Part shown: piece after piece, positions 42,358-52,875 of the stretch | Numbering within the stretch: position 1 is the first letter of the stretch | Layout: each line of letters begins with the position of its first letter | Assembly (NCBI GenBank): GCA_035478795.1 | Contig: DATIJJ010000014.1 | Location: 13,930 to 77,929 of the forward strand | Source of the DNA: Gammaproteobacteria bacterium | GTDB taxonomy: Bacteria; Pseudomonadota; Gammaproteobacteria; DSM-16500 | Reading direction: 5' to 3' | DNA length: 64,000 bases | Made by a program: the position numbers and the translations under genes | The notes under the pieces: model-generated | The model's input: the letters and a program-made list of their open reading frames with translations, nothing else | Databases searched by the model: none | What the model was told of the DNA's origin: nothing

Positions 42358-44388
42358 ATGTCATCGATTACGCCCAAACAACTTCTGCCATTTTATCCCG
42401 TTGAAAAGACAGAAAAGCTGGCGTACGACATCAATCACATTTTGTTGACCTGCTCTCCCGATAAGGCATGGAACACATTGTCCAAAGAAATTCTGTCGCG
42501 AGACATTGCTTTCGAATGCCATCTGCTTTTATTTTCCATCTGTTACCCGAACTGGCGTGACCTGCCCGATACTGCACCGGCATGGTTACCGGATGCCGAT
42601 ACACTGTCTTCATCCAACCTTGCTCTCTGTCTGCAGGAAACCCGGCATCCATCGATCAAGGCATTTCACGAATGGAGCACGAAACATCCGGGTGATTTCT
42701 GGCAATACATGATTGCCCGGCTGGATGTGCTGTTTTATACAAAACCGTCTGTGATTTATGATGCAACATCCGGTGCAGAAAACCCGGTGTGGCTGTCAGG
42801 CGCTACCTTTAACATCGCAGACAGTTGCCTCACAGCCGATCCTGAAAAAATTGCGATTATACAACAAAAAAAATCCGGGCCGCTTGAATACTACCGCTAT
42901 GATGATCTAAACAAACTTTCCAATCGTATCGCAAACAGTCTGGTCAAATGTGGATTTTCACAAGGTGATGCGCTGGCCATCCTGATGCCCATGAATTTTT
43001 ACGCCGTCGCCATTTACCTTGGTATACTCAAAATGGGCGGCGTCGTCGTTTCCATTGCAGACAGTTTTTCACCGGATGAAATTGAATTGCGTCTGAAAAT
43101 TGCATCCGCCAAAGGCATTTTTACACAGGATTTTATTTCTCGTGAAGACAAAATCATTTCGCTCTATGAAAAAGTGATTAAAACATCCGTACCCATGGCT
43201 ATTGTACTTTCTCTCAATGAAACACCGAATGACACGCTTCGAAAAAACGATATCTCCTGGGAAAATTTTTTGATAGGAGATGATCATTTTAATGCATGCG
43301 CATGCGAGGCAAATACATTTTGTAATATTTTATTTTCTTCCGGCACCACCGGAAATCCCAAAGCCATTCCATGGACGCATCTGACCGCCATCAAGGCAGC
43401 AAGCGATGCGCATTTGCACCAGGACATCCACGAAAATGACATTCTGGCCTGGCCCACCAGTTTGGGCTGGATGATGGGACCGTGGCTGATTTTTGCAGGA
43501 CTCATGAACCATGCAACGCTCGCTCTTTATGAAGATTCACCACGCGATCGATTCTTCGGTGAATTTGTTCAGGATGCAAAAGTGACGCTGCTCGGTGTCG
43601 TTCCAACGCTTGTTGCAACATGGCGCCAATCTGCTTCAATGCAAGGACTGGATTGGCATCACATCAGGCGTTTCAGTTCAACCGGTGAATGTTCAAATGC
43701 GGAAGACATGTTGTATCTTATGATGCTCGCAGACTACAAACCGGTCATTGAATATTGTGGCGGCACAGAAATCGGTGGCGCGTATGTCTCGGGCACATTG
43801 CTTGAAAATAATTACCCCTCCCTTTTTACCACACCGGCATTTGGCATCGATTTTGTGTTGCTCGATGAAAAAGGAAGCCTGACAGATCACGGTGAGGTTG
43901 CATTGATTCCACCTTCCATCGGTCTGTCACAGACCCTCCTGAATGCAGATCATCATAAAACGTACTATGCCGGTATGCCGACACTTCCCGATGGAAGAAT
44001 CACGCGTCGGCACGGGGATCAGTTACAACGGCTTCCCTCCGGCTATTACCGCGTTACGGGTCGAACAGATGACACGATGAATCTCTCCGGCATCAAAACA
44101 AGCTCTCAGGAAATTGAACGGGTATTGGCCGGTATGGAAAACATAACTGAAATTGCTGCCATTGCAATTACACCGCTTGCAAGGGGACCGGGTCGTCTCG
44201 TCATCATTGCTGCAACCGATAAAAACGTCGATCGGGAACTCATCAAAAAAAACATGCAAAAGAGACTCAATGAGCATTTGAATCCCCTTTTTAAAATACA
44301 CGAAGTGATTCTGGTACGAGAGTTGCCAAAAACCGCGTCCAATAAAATGATGCGGCGCCTGCTGCGAGAACAGTATCAGTCAACCTGA
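42358..44388 (+). CDS. AMP-forming acyl-CoA synthetase / AMP-binding enzyme
   Basis: AMP-binding core FSSGTTGNPKAIPWTH, GYY...GR.DD..N.SG.K. AAGGAG lies 7 nt before the ATG at 42358. Confidence 0.8.
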   Translation: MSSITPKQLLPFYPVEKTEKLAYDINHILLTCSPDKAWNTLSKEILSRDIAFECHLLLFSICYPNWRDLPDTAPAWLPDADTLSSSNLALCLQETRHPSIKAFHEWSTKHPGDFWQYMIARLDVLFYTKPSVIYDATSGAENPVWLSGATFNIADSCLTADPEKIAIIQQKKSGPLEYYRYDDLNKLSNRIANSLVKCGFSQGDALAILMPMNFYAVAIYLGILKMGGVVVSIADSFSPDEIELRLKIASAKGIFTQDFISREDKIISLYEKVIKTSVPMAIVLSLNETPNDTLRKNDISWENFLIGDDHFNACACEANTFCNILFSSGTTGNPKAIPWTHLTAIKAASDAHLHQDIHENDILAWPTSLGWMMGPWLIFAGLMNHATLALYEDSPRDRFFGEFVQDAKVTLLGVVPTLVATWRQSASMQGLDWHHIRRFSSTGECSNAEDMLYLMMLADYKPVIEYCGGTEIGGAYVSGTLLENNYPSLFTTPAFGIDFVLLDEKGSLTDHGEVALIPPSIGLSQTLLNADHHKTYYAGMPTLPDGRITRRHGDQLQRLPSGYYRVTGRTDDTMNLSGIKTSSQEIERVLAGMENITEIAAIAITPLARGPGRLVIIAATDKNVDRELIKKNMQKRLNEHLNPLFKIHEVILVRELPKTASNKMMRRLLREQYQST

Positions 44389-46950
44389 TTGCACAACAGG
44401 ATTTTTCAAAAATTTGAAAATCGTCTCAGCATCGGCGGGTGGACTGATGTAATACCCCTGAATTTCAGTGCATTTTTCCTGTGTTAAAAATTCATATTGC
44501 ACTTTTGTCTCAACGCCTTCTGCGACAGTTTTGATGCCAAGCTTGTTCGACATGGCAATAATGGCACTGACAACCGATGTACTTGCCGGATCTATTGTTA
44601 ATTTCTGGATGAATTTTCTGTCGATCTTGATTTTATCAATTGAAAAACGTCTGAGATAATCCAGTGAGGAATATCCTGTGCCAAAATCATCAATGGCGAC
44701 ACTAATGCCTTTTTCTTTCAGGGATAACAGAACAGGCAAAATATATTCCGGATCTTCCATGATGAGGCCTTCTGTAATATCCAGCTCAAGGTATTGCGAG
44801 GGAAATTCCAGTGTATCCAGCATGGTCAGCAGATTTTCTACAAAATTGGCCTGCTTGAATTGCTTGCCAGACAGATTGACCGATACACTCAACGGCATCA
44901 TGCCCGCCTGATGCCATGCCTTCACTTGCAGACAGGCTGACTGAAAAACCCACTCGTTTAGCGGAATAATCAATCCGGTTTCCTCGGCAAGATGAATGAT
45001 CTCGGAAGCATTGACATTGCTGTATTCGGGATTATGCCAGCGCAAGAGTGCTTCCACACCGGAAACAGCCTGCGTCGCGAGATTCAGTTTCGGCTGGAAA
45101 TAAAGGACAAACTCATCTCTCGCCATCGCTTGCACCAGCGCATTCTGACGTGCCATTTTTTGCTGGGCTTTGGTTGTCATTTCCAATGTACAAAACTGAA
45201 AATTATTTCGCCCCAGTTCCTTTGAACGATACAGGGCAAGATCCGCATTTTTCATCAAGGTCTGAACGTCAATACCATCGTAGGGGTAGACGCTGATCCC
45301 GATACTGGTTGTCACATAAATTTCGTGGCCCTTAATGGAAATCGGCTGCAAAAGATGCGCCAGAATATTACGGATGACGTTACTGATTTTATCGACCTGA
45401 TTCAATTCACTGAGAATGAGAACAAATTCATCGCCACCGACACGTGCGATAATATCTGTCGTCCGGATTTTATTTTTAAGACGCTGTGCCACAATCTGCA
45501 ACAGAGAATCACCTGCATCATGACCCATCGTGTCATTGATATTCTTGAAGCGATCAAGATCCAGAAAAATCAGTGCAAAACCATGCTCATGACGTGAGGC
45601 ATTTGTCAGGATTTCCTGCGCTTTTCTCTCAAGGGAATTTCGATTGTAAAGCCCCGTCAGTGCATCGTGATAGGCCAGATGCCGAAGCTGTTCCTCCGCT
45701 TTTTTTTCTGTCGTGATATTCTGTAATTGCATGATGAAATAAAGTGGAAGATCCTGACTGTCACACACCAGAGACATGCTGGCAGAAACCCAGACTATCT
45801 CCCCTTCCCTGTGCATATAGCGTTGAATTTTTTCATACATCTTATTTTTTCGATCCAGCATTTCACCGATGCGAATTCTGTTTTCCTGTAAATCCTCAAG
45901 ATGCATAAGTTTATAAATATCCATTGCCAGCAAACTGGCTTCGGGATATCCCAGAATATGGCAGAGTGCTCTGTTTACCTTAAAAAAACTGCCATTCGGC
46001 AATACGAGTGCCATACCGACCGCCGCATCGTCAAACGCAGAACGAAATCTGTTTTCGCTTTCTTTCAACAATAAATTGGTTCTCACCAGTTTTTTTTCCG
46101 AATTGATCATTCTTCCGATGATGGGCACCAGCTGCCATAAAAGTATTCCCATCCCGGTGATAACAGCCACTGACAGGATGGATTTCATTTGAGGCAACAT
46201 TTCATTGAAAGGAATACCCGAAGGCGAGAGTTTCAGGATGGCAAACACACTCATCAGCAGCGTGCAGAAAAGAATGGTCAACCCTAATGAGACAGCCTGC
46301 TTTCCTTCATCGTCCGGCGACATAAGCGACCATGCAGCCTTTTCTTTTTGATGCCATAAAGACCAAAGCCCCAATCCCAAAAAAGAATTACCAATTGCGC
46401 TCAGCAGTGACATTTTGGCATGCAGGTTCCAGCTATACAAAACTTCTGCTCCAAAGAGATACCCTGCCAATGCAGAAAATCCCAAAATCAGTGCCCCAAA
46501 AATACAAATCTGAACGAGCAAGGCAATCCTTTTTTTAGCAATCCAGGGAAAAAGAGCAAGCGCTCCTCCCGATAAAAAAAACACCCAGGCACTGCTGTCA
46601 GCCATTCGTCCGGGATGGGGATTTTGATCAATGAGCCAGGGATCCATCAACAGTTGATCGATCCCGAGAGAAAAATGAAAAATATTTTCACTGAGCGTCA
46701 TCAATGCAAACAACGCGACAAATACACCTGTCACTGAACGCATTTTTTCCTGGGATATTTTTTTCGAGCCGGGGAATAAAAGCGCCACGCCCATGAGGAG
46801 AAATCCGACAGCGGAATTAAAAACAATGTTTACCTCACCAGGGTAAAGTGAAATAAACATGCGAATATGCGCATACCAGCCCAGCATGGCAAGAAAACCG
46901 ATGGCAACGAGAATCAACCCTGTTACACGTGTGAGTGCTGTTTCTTTCAT
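44380..46950 (-). CDS. Membrane-bound PAS-GGDEF-EAL c-di-GMP signalling protein
   Basis: About 8 N-terminal TM segments and a PAS-like region. Also GGDEF (RVGGDEFVLIL), EAL (VEALLRW), and DDFGTGYSSL, KIDR.F. Confidence 0.9.
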   Translation of the reverse strand: MKETALTRVTGLILVAIGFLAMLGWYAHIRMFISLYPGEVNIVFNSAVGFLLMGVALLFPGSKKISQEKMRSVTGVFVALFALMTLSENIFHFSLGIDQLLMDPWLIDQNPHPGRMADSSAWVFFLSGGALALFPWIAKKRIALLVQICIFGALILGFSALAGYLFGAEVLYSWNLHAKMSLLSAIGNSFLGLGLWSLWHQKEKAAWSLMSPDDEGKQAVSLGLTILFCTLLMSVFAILKLSPSGIPFNEMLPQMKSILSVAVITGMGILLWQLVPIIGRMINSEKKLVRTNLLLKESENRFRSAFDDAAVGMALVLPNGSFFKVNRALCHILGYPEASLLAMDIYKLMHLEDLQENRIRIGEMLDRKNKMYEKIQRYMHREGEIVWVSASMSLVCDSQDLPLYFIMQLQNITTEKKAEEQLRHLAYHDALTGLYNRNSLERKAQEILTNASRHEHGFALIFLDLDRFKNINDTMGHDAGDSLLQIVAQRLKNKIRTTDIIARVGGDEFVLILSELNQVDKISNVIRNILAHLLQPISIKGHEIYVTTSIGISVYPYDGIDVQTLMKNADLALYRSKELGRNNFQFCTLEMTTKAQQKMARQNALVQAMARDEFVLYFQPKLNLATQAVSGVEALLRWHNPEYSNVNASEIIHLAEETGLIIPLNEWVFQSACLQVKAWHQAGMMPLSVSVNLSGKQFKQANFVENLLTMLDTLEFPSQYLELDITEGLIMEDPEYILPVLLSLKEKGISVAIDDFGTGYSSLDYLRRFSIDKIKIDRKFIQKLTIDPASTSVVSAIIAMSNKLGIKTVAEGVETKVQYEFLTQEKCTEIQGYYISPPADAETIFKFLKNPVVQSG

Positions 46951-46958
46951 ATGAGCCC

Positions 46959-47753
46959 CTAATATCCTTTTGCATTTTCATCAAATTCACCCACATACCC
47001 GGGCGCACGACGAATACCCGTTTCAAGGCGACCATCGGAATAAAGATCTATCCACCGATATCCGGGAGGCAATTTTTCCAGTGCGAACACATCACTCCCT
47101 CTCTTGAACTGAATGCAAGTCGACGGTGCGGAAAAATACCGGATCCCATTTTTTTCGCCTGCATGTTCCTGATGAACGTGCCCAAACAGAATGGTATGCA
47201 TTTTAGGAAAATGAGCCAACACGGACCATAATGCATCCGCATTCGTCAACCCGATGTTATCAAGCCATGCCGAACCCACCGGAACAGGCTGATGATGAAA
47301 AACAACAATCGCGTGATGCTCGGGAAACATTTCAAGGCAATGTTGCAGAAACTGCAATTGCGCATCATCCAGAAAACCTTCAACAGCATTTACTTTTTGT
47401 GAATTCAACAAAATGAGGTGCCAGTTTTTCAAAACAATGTGTCGATGATGCGTGATCGTTTCACGCGGATAAATACTGGCGAGTGTTTCAGGATCATCGT
47501 GATTTCCCGGGACATAGTATGTTGGAATCGCGAATCCTTTCAGCTTGTCCGCCACCTTGATATAAGACATGTCAGATCCATCCTGGGAAAGATCTCCACT
47601 GAGAAGAATCAGATCAGGTGTGGAATCCGTTTTGAGCAACTGGATGGCCGCATTAAAACTGTCATGGGTCTTGACCCCCAACAGGACTTTTTCCTGTTCT
47701 GCAAACAGGTGAATATCACTGATTTGCACTATCCTGAATGGATCATTCTCCAT
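46959..47753 (-). CDS. cpdA: 3',5'-cyclic-nucleotide phosphodiesterase (metallophosphoesterase)
   Basis: Collinear with E. coli CpdA as I remember it: QISDIHL, SGDLSQDG, PGNHD, HH.P.P.G..WLD, GHVHQE, STC.QFK. Confidence 0.85.
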   Translation of the reverse strand: MENDPFRIVQISDIHLFAEQEKVLLGVKTHDSFNAAIQLLKTDSTPDLILLSGDLSQDGSDMSYIKVADKLKGFAIPTYYVPGNHDDPETLASIYPRETITHHRHIVLKNWHLILLNSQKVNAVEGFLDDAQLQFLQHCLEMFPEHHAIVVFHHQPVPVGSAWLDNIGLTNADALWSVLAHFPKMHTILFGHVHQEHAGEKNGIRYFSAPSTCIQFKRGSDVFALEKLPPGYRWIDLYSDGRLETGIRRAPGYVGEFDENAKGY

Positions 47754-47946
47754 GCCGTCACTCCTTTTGCCATTCCCGCTTTCTCCACTCTTCCATCGTA
47801 CCATAGAGCAAATGGAGTCAAAAATTTTTCTGTTTCCCCCCCTGAAAGATATGATAAATTATGAGGACATGTATGCTTTATTTTTGAACACAAATCAATG
47901 CATACAGCCTGAATAATTTTAAGATTGGATTGATGAGGAGTTTTCC

Positions 47947-49527
47947 GTGAAAACAGAACCCGCCGATAGAAAGGTCATGATCGAGCAACATAAGCGATTC
48001 TCCCGGTCTGCATTATGGCGTTTACAGCGTGAATATTTTGATAAGGAAGGGATCAATGCCTGGGTCAATCAGGTCCCTTTCTACATTACCAGTAATCCTT
48101 TCATTGCAACGAGTTATGCCAAACTGGTCCTGGCTTTTATCCGTGACTGGCTCCGAAAAAATCCTGACTCAAAAAATCATCCGTTCTATATTATGGAACT
48201 TGGCACAGGCTCCGGGCGCTTCAGTTATTACTTTGTAAAATCGTTAAAGAAACTGCTGCACGATTCCGGCATGGCTGACATCCGGTTTTGTTACATCATG
48301 AGTGATTTTACAAAACACAACATGCAATACTGGGAAGAACATACCGCGCTGAAACCCTTTGTTCAGGAAGGTCTGATTGATTTTGCGATGTATGACATGG
48401 AAGCCGAACGTCCGATTACACTCGTCAAACAAAATACTCGTTTAAGTCCCGAGGTGCTCGTCAATCCATTGACCGTTTTTGCCAATTACATTTTCGACAC
48501 GATTTCGCATGATTCCTTTGCCGTTCATGAAGGAAAACTGTATGAACTGCTGTTAAGTCTTTCCACCGATGAAAAAAACATGGAAAACAACTGTCCGATT
48601 GACATGGAAAAAATTTCAGTCGACTACAGTGTCAATGAAATTAAAAATGCCTATTACGACGATCCCCATTTAGACAGCATTCTGGACATTTATAAAAAAT
48701 CCTTGACGGAATCCAGTTTTCTTTTCCCGATCGGTTCTTTTCATGCCATCCGGTTTTTGAAAAAATTGTCTGACAATAAATTATTTATTGTCTCGACCGA
48801 TAAAGGTTACAGCACAGTTGAATCGCTGGATCATCTGGGTCACCCCTCGATTTCCTTTCATGGCAGTTTTTCCATGATGGTCAATTTCCATGCCATTGCG
48901 GAATATTTTAAAAACAGTGGCGGGGATGCTTTTTTGCAGACTTCACGCAAGGGAATCAAAACTTCCGTTTTCGCCAGTGGCTTCCGGTTTTCTGAAATGC
49001 CGGAAACTTCCATGGCCATTGCAGATTGGGTAGAAGGATTCAGCCCGAGCGATTATTTTACCCTTCATCGCCGCATGAGCGATTCTTTCCAGGAGTGCGC
49101 GCTCGAAACGATCGCCTCGCACATGCAGCTCGCCGGTTGGGATCCACACATCTATCTGAAATTGACTGGCCGCGTGACATCACTCATTGAAAAATCAGAT
49201 AGCGATACCATCCAGTTCATGGCAGCCAACATGCCGAAAATGGCTGAAAATTACTATCACATGCCGAAAACAGAATGTATCCTGTTTGAAATCGGCGTAT
49301 TTTTTCATGCTATCAAACACTACAAGGAAGCTGAAAAATATTACCAGCTTGCGCATCCTTATGTTGGCGATCAGTTTGGTCTGTTTTTCAATCTGGCGCT
49401 TTGTCAGCATCATATCGGTGACAATGCATCGGCGCTGGCCAACTTCAGACACGCCCTGTCTCTGGACGAAACATCAAAAGAAACAGAAGAATGGATTGCC
49501 TATCTTGAAAAGCCGGAAAATAAATAA
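47947..49527 (+). CDS. Hypothetical protein: SAM-methyltransferase-like N-domain plus C-terminal TPR-like repeats
   Basis: GTG start. IMELGTGSGRFS looks like methyltransferase motif I. The C-terminus (HYKEAEKYYQLA...NLALCQHHIGDNASALANFRHAL) is TPR-like. I did not recognise a family. Confidence 0.45.
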   Translation: MKTEPADRKVMIEQHKRFSRSALWRLQREYFDKEGINAWVNQVPFYITSNPFIATSYAKLVLAFIRDWLRKNPDSKNHPFYIMELGTGSGRFSYYFVKSLKKLLHDSGMADIRFCYIMSDFTKHNMQYWEEHTALKPFVQEGLIDFAMYDMEAERPITLVKQNTRLSPEVLVNPLTVFANYIFDTISHDSFAVHEGKLYELLLSLSTDEKNMENNCPIDMEKISVDYSVNEIKNAYYDDPHLDSILDIYKKSLTESSFLFPIGSFHAIRFLKKLSDNKLFIVSTDKGYSTVESLDHLGHPSISFHGSFSMMVNFHAIAEYFKNSGGDAFLQTSRKGIKTSVFASGFRFSEMPETSMAIADWVEGFSPSDYFTLHRRMSDSFQECALETIASHMQLAGWDPHIYLKLTGRVTSLIEKSDSDTIQFMAANMPKMAENYYHMPKTECILFEIGVFFHAIKHYKEAEKYYQLAHPYVGDQFGLFFNLALCQHHIGDNASALANFRHALSLDETSKETEEWIAYLEKPENK

Positions 49528-49562
49528 GGGAAGGAACTTGCTAACCCATTCAGGATGATCAT

Positions 49563-50675
49563 GTGGAAAAAGCAGCGAACATTTATTTAAAAGACAGAGA
49601 GCTCCTTTGCGAAGGCACATGGACTGTTTCAAACATTCCGATTTTAAAAAAGGCATTTTTGAAAATCGCCCTGCCGAAGGGGGGCGATATTACCTTTGAC
49701 GGCGGAAAAATTACCGCGATGGATACAGCCGGTGCATGGTTATTAAACCAGTGGTCACACCAACTGTCCGCCAAAAAAATCACTGCCCAATGGGTCCATT
49801 TTCCTGAACACACGGAAGAATTGTTTCGTCTCATCCAAAAAAACCCGTTCAAATCGGAAGAGTTGCCAAGGCCCGAACGACTTGACTGGCTGGCGGCACT
49901 CGGCAAAATTACCATTGAACAGGCGCGGGAACTGTATCTTTACCTGAACTTCATTGGAAAACTGTCTATCGAATTACTGCGCATCATCCAGCGTCCGGGT
50001 CATATCCGCTGGAAGGCCATTTGCAGCAGCATTTACCGAACCGGTTATCAGGCCCTCCCCATCATCGGATTATTGTCATTTATGATTGGCGTTGTGCTGA
50101 CCTATCAAATGGGCGTGCAATTACGCAATTATGGCGCCAATATTTTTATTGTCGATTTGCTGGGTCTGGCCGTACTGCGTGAGTTTGGGCCACTGCTCAC
50201 GGCCATCATGGTGGCGGGTCGCACCGGCTCGTCTTTTACTGCTGAACTTGGATTGATGAAAGCCAACCAGGAAATTGATGCCCTTGACACACTCGGCGTC
50301 ACGCCGGGTGAATTACTTCTGATACCTAAAATCATCGGGCTTTTTATTGCATTGCCACTCCTCACCATCTGGGCAGACATATTTGGCATCCTGGGTGGCA
50401 TGGTCATGTCCAATAACATGTTGCATATCAGCTGGTATGACTTTTTGAACCGTTTTCAGCATCAAATACCGGTCAAGGCCCTTTTGCTGGGACTTTTCAA
50501 AGCCCCGGTTTTCGCTCTGCTCATTTCAAGCATCGGCTGTTTTCAGGGCATGTCGGTCAAGGATACTGCGGACAGTATTGGCAAGAACACCACCAAAAGT
50601 GTCGTATACGCCATCTTTTTTATCATGATGGCCGATGCCCTCTTCTCCATTATTTTCAGTAAACTAAAATTATGA
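49563..50675 (+). CDS. MlaE-family ABC transporter permease with N-terminal STAS-like extension
   Basis: GTG start. The C-terminal 260 aa are MlaE-like (REFGPLLTAIMVAGRTGSSFTAELG.MK...EIDAL). The N-terminal ~110 aa extension is common in this paralog class. Confidence 0.85.
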   Translation: MEKAANIYLKDRELLCEGTWTVSNIPILKKAFLKIALPKGGDITFDGGKITAMDTAGAWLLNQWSHQLSAKKITAQWVHFPEHTEELFRLIQKNPFKSEELPRPERLDWLAALGKITIEQARELYLYLNFIGKLSIELLRIIQRPGHIRWKAICSSIYRTGYQALPIIGLLSFMIGVVLTYQMGVQLRNYGANIFIVDLLGLAVLREFGPLLTAIMVAGRTGSSFTAELGLMKANQEIDALDTLGVTPGELLLIPKIIGLFIALPLLTIWADIFGILGGMVMSNNMLHISWYDFLNRFQHQIPVKALLLGLFKAPVFALLISSIGCFQGMSVKDTADSIGKNTTKSVVYAIFFIMMADALFSIIFSKLKL

Positions 50676-51439
50676 CAGCCGAACAACCCGTCATCGACAT
50701 CAGGCATTTAAAAACAGTGATCGGCGATACGCGCGTGCATCAGGATGTGAATCTCGAGGTAAAGACCGGTGAAATTCTCGTGCTCGTTGGCGGTAGCGGC
50801 TCGGGAAAGACAGTCCTCTTGCGCGAAATGCTTGCGCTTCGCACACCCACTGCCGGATCCATTCGCATATTTAACCATGAATTGACCAAAGCCAACGCTG
50901 AAACATTGCTGGCAATCCAGCGTCGATGGGGGGTTCTGTTTCAACAAAATGCCCTGTTCAGTTCCTTAACCGTCCTCGAAAATGTGTCATTCCCCTTCAT
51001 CGAGCACACCGAACTTGACGAAAAAACCATTCGGGAACTGGCCTTGTTAAAAATTGTTCTGGCGGGCCTGCCCATGGAAGCCGCCATCAAATACCCGGCC
51101 GAATTGAGCGGCGGCATGCAAAAACGCGCAGCACTGGCACGGGCCATCGCCCTCGATCCCGAATTGCTTTTTCTGGACGAACCGACTGCGGGCCTTGATC
51201 CTGGCAAGGTCATTGCATTTGATGAATTGATCCTGGACTTGCAGAGCACCATGGGTTTAACTATTGTAATGGTGACACATGATGTCGATAGCTTAAAACG
51301 CGTCGCCAATCGTGTTGCCTTTTTGGGTGAAGGAAAAGTATTGGCCGTGGAACCACCCGGGCAATTGTTACAAAACAGGCATCCTTTGATCCAGGCGTTT
51401 TTTGATAGCCAGAAAAACGGTAAACGACAGGGACAATAA
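50672..51439 (+). CDS. ABC transporter ATP-binding protein (MlaF-like)
   Basis: Walker A GGSGSGKT, signature LSGGMQKRAALARA, Walker B LLFLDEPTAGLDP. There is a 4-nt overlap with the permease gene. Confidence 0.9.
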   Translation: MTAEQPVIDIRHLKTVIGDTRVHQDVNLEVKTGEILVLVGGSGSGKTVLLREMLALRTPTAGSIRIFNHELTKANAETLLAIQRRWGVLFQQNALFSSLTVLENVSFPFIEHTELDEKTIRELALLKIVLAGLPMEAAIKYPAELSGGMQKRAALARAIALDPELLFLDEPTAGLDPGKVIAFDELILDLQSTMGLTIVMVTHDVDSLKRVANRVAFLGEGKVLAVEPPGQLLQNRHPLIQAFFDSQKNGKRQGQ

Positions 51440-51441
51440 CA

Positions 51442-52263
51442 ATGGATACAAAAGTGAACTACGCACTGGTTGGCACATTTGTTATTTTTCTGCTTTCAGC
51501 GATTATTTTAAGTATCCTGTGGCTTTCATCCGGCTTGAACGTACAAAATTATGATATCTATCAGGTCAACATGGATGAAGCCGTCACGGGATTAAGCATT
51601 GATGCCATCGTCGAATACAACGGTGTGAACGTGGGTGCCGTCAAAAAAATTGCGCTGCGTAAGGATGATCCGCAGTCCGTTGAATTGCTGCTCAAAATCC
51701 GCCGTGACACACCCGTCACATATGGCACCGTTGCAACACTCGCTACCCGGGGTCTGACGGGTATCACCTACATTGCATTGAAAGACAAGGGCACTGATTT
51801 AAGGCCCCTCAAAAAAGGGCCGGGGCAGGATTATCCCGTCATTAAAACAACACCCTCTCTGCTCCTGCAATTAAACGTCGGTTTGCAAAAATTAACAGAA
51901 AGCCTGGGCCAGGTCAGCACCACCTTTAAAAATCTTTTTGACCAGGAGAACCTGCAGGCCATCAAGGAAATCGTGATCAATATGCGAGAAGTGACATCGA
52001 ACCTTGCCGCAAACAATGCAAAACTCAACACCATTTTGACAAACACCAGTCTTGCGAGCCAACGTCTTCCCGCACTCATCCAGTCCAGCCAACAAACGCT
52101 TCAGGCATTTGAAAGCCAGACGTTGCCGGAGACTAACCATATTGTTGCCAATCTGAATACAATTACCGATAATCTGACTGGACTGTCCGTCGAATTACGC
52201 GACAATCCATCCCTGTTAATTCGCGGGAAACAGCCGCGTGTTCCTGGCCCTGGTGAAAAATAA
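51442..52263 (+). CDS. MlaD/MCE-domain protein
   Basis: N-terminal TM anchor and an MCE domain (GL.....V.YNGV.VG.V..I). Confidence 0.85.
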   Translation: MDTKVNYALVGTFVIFLLSAIILSILWLSSGLNVQNYDIYQVNMDEAVTGLSIDAIVEYNGVNVGAVKKIALRKDDPQSVELLLKIRRDTPVTYGTVATLATRGLTGITYIALKDKGTDLRPLKKGPGQDYPVIKTTPSLLLQLNVGLQKLTESLGQVSTTFKNLFDQENLQAIKEIVINMREVTSNLAANNAKLNTILTNTSLASQRLPALIQSSQQTLQAFESQTLPETNHIVANLNTITDNLTGLSVELRDNPSLLIRGKQPRVPGPGEK

Positions 52264-52865
52264 TGAAACTATTTTATTGGTTATCTATCACATGCATTGT
52301 CTGTTTTATGTCAGGCTGCAGCCTGTTATCTCCCGTACCGACACAAACCCAAAACACCTATATCATCAAAACACTGCCACCCGTTCAAACAAAAAAAACA
52401 CGCCGGCCAATCACCCTGCTGGTCAGAATGCCAAATACCCGGGCATTCTATGACACGAATCTCATGGCCTATAGCACGAAACCTTATCAAATCGATTATT
52501 ATGCGAAAAGCACCTGGCTTGATCGGCCAGGCAGTATGTTACAACCGCTCATCATCCAGTCGCTGCAAAACACGCATTATTTTCATGCAGTGACTTCGCC
52601 GTCCGCTGGCGGAGATTATCAATACAGTCTCACTCTGCAGATCGAAACCTTTTTACAGGATTACACACACGGTCACGCCGTTTTTCGTCTGGTTGCCCAC
52701 GCAAACGTGATCCGCTCATCCAGTAACCGGATCATGGCGACAAAAGAATTTGTCATCAATCAACCCATGTTGCAGGCATCGCCCTATGGTGGTGTGGTAG
52801 CCGCCAATCAGGCGACAGCAAATATGCTTCGACAGTTAACCCGATTCTGTTTAAAGACTCTTTAA
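52263..52865 (+). CDS. ABC-type transport auxiliary lipoprotein (PqiC/DUF330-like)
   Basis: Lipobox FMSGC. Its size and its position after the MCE gene are typical of this family. Confidence 0.7.
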   Translation: MKLFYWLSITCIVCFMSGCSLLSPVPTQTQNTYIIKTLPPVQTKKTRRPITLLVRMPNTRAFYDTNLMAYSTKPYQIDYYAKSTWLDRPGSMLQPLIIQSLQNTHYFHAVTSPSAGGDYQYSLTLQIETFLQDYTHGHAVFRLVAHANVIRSSSNRIMATKEFVINQPMLQASPYGGVVAANQATANMLRQLTRFCLKTL

Positions 52866-52875
52866 GGAAAATACG

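Noticed and set aside
44380-44388. 9-nt overlap of the convergent acyl-CoA synthetase and GGDEF-EAL genes, and similar convergent overlaps at 32590-32604, 29166-29191 and 54182-54185
   Set aside because: Short 3'-3' overlaps are common in compact genomes. There is no evidence of regulatory significance from sequence alone.
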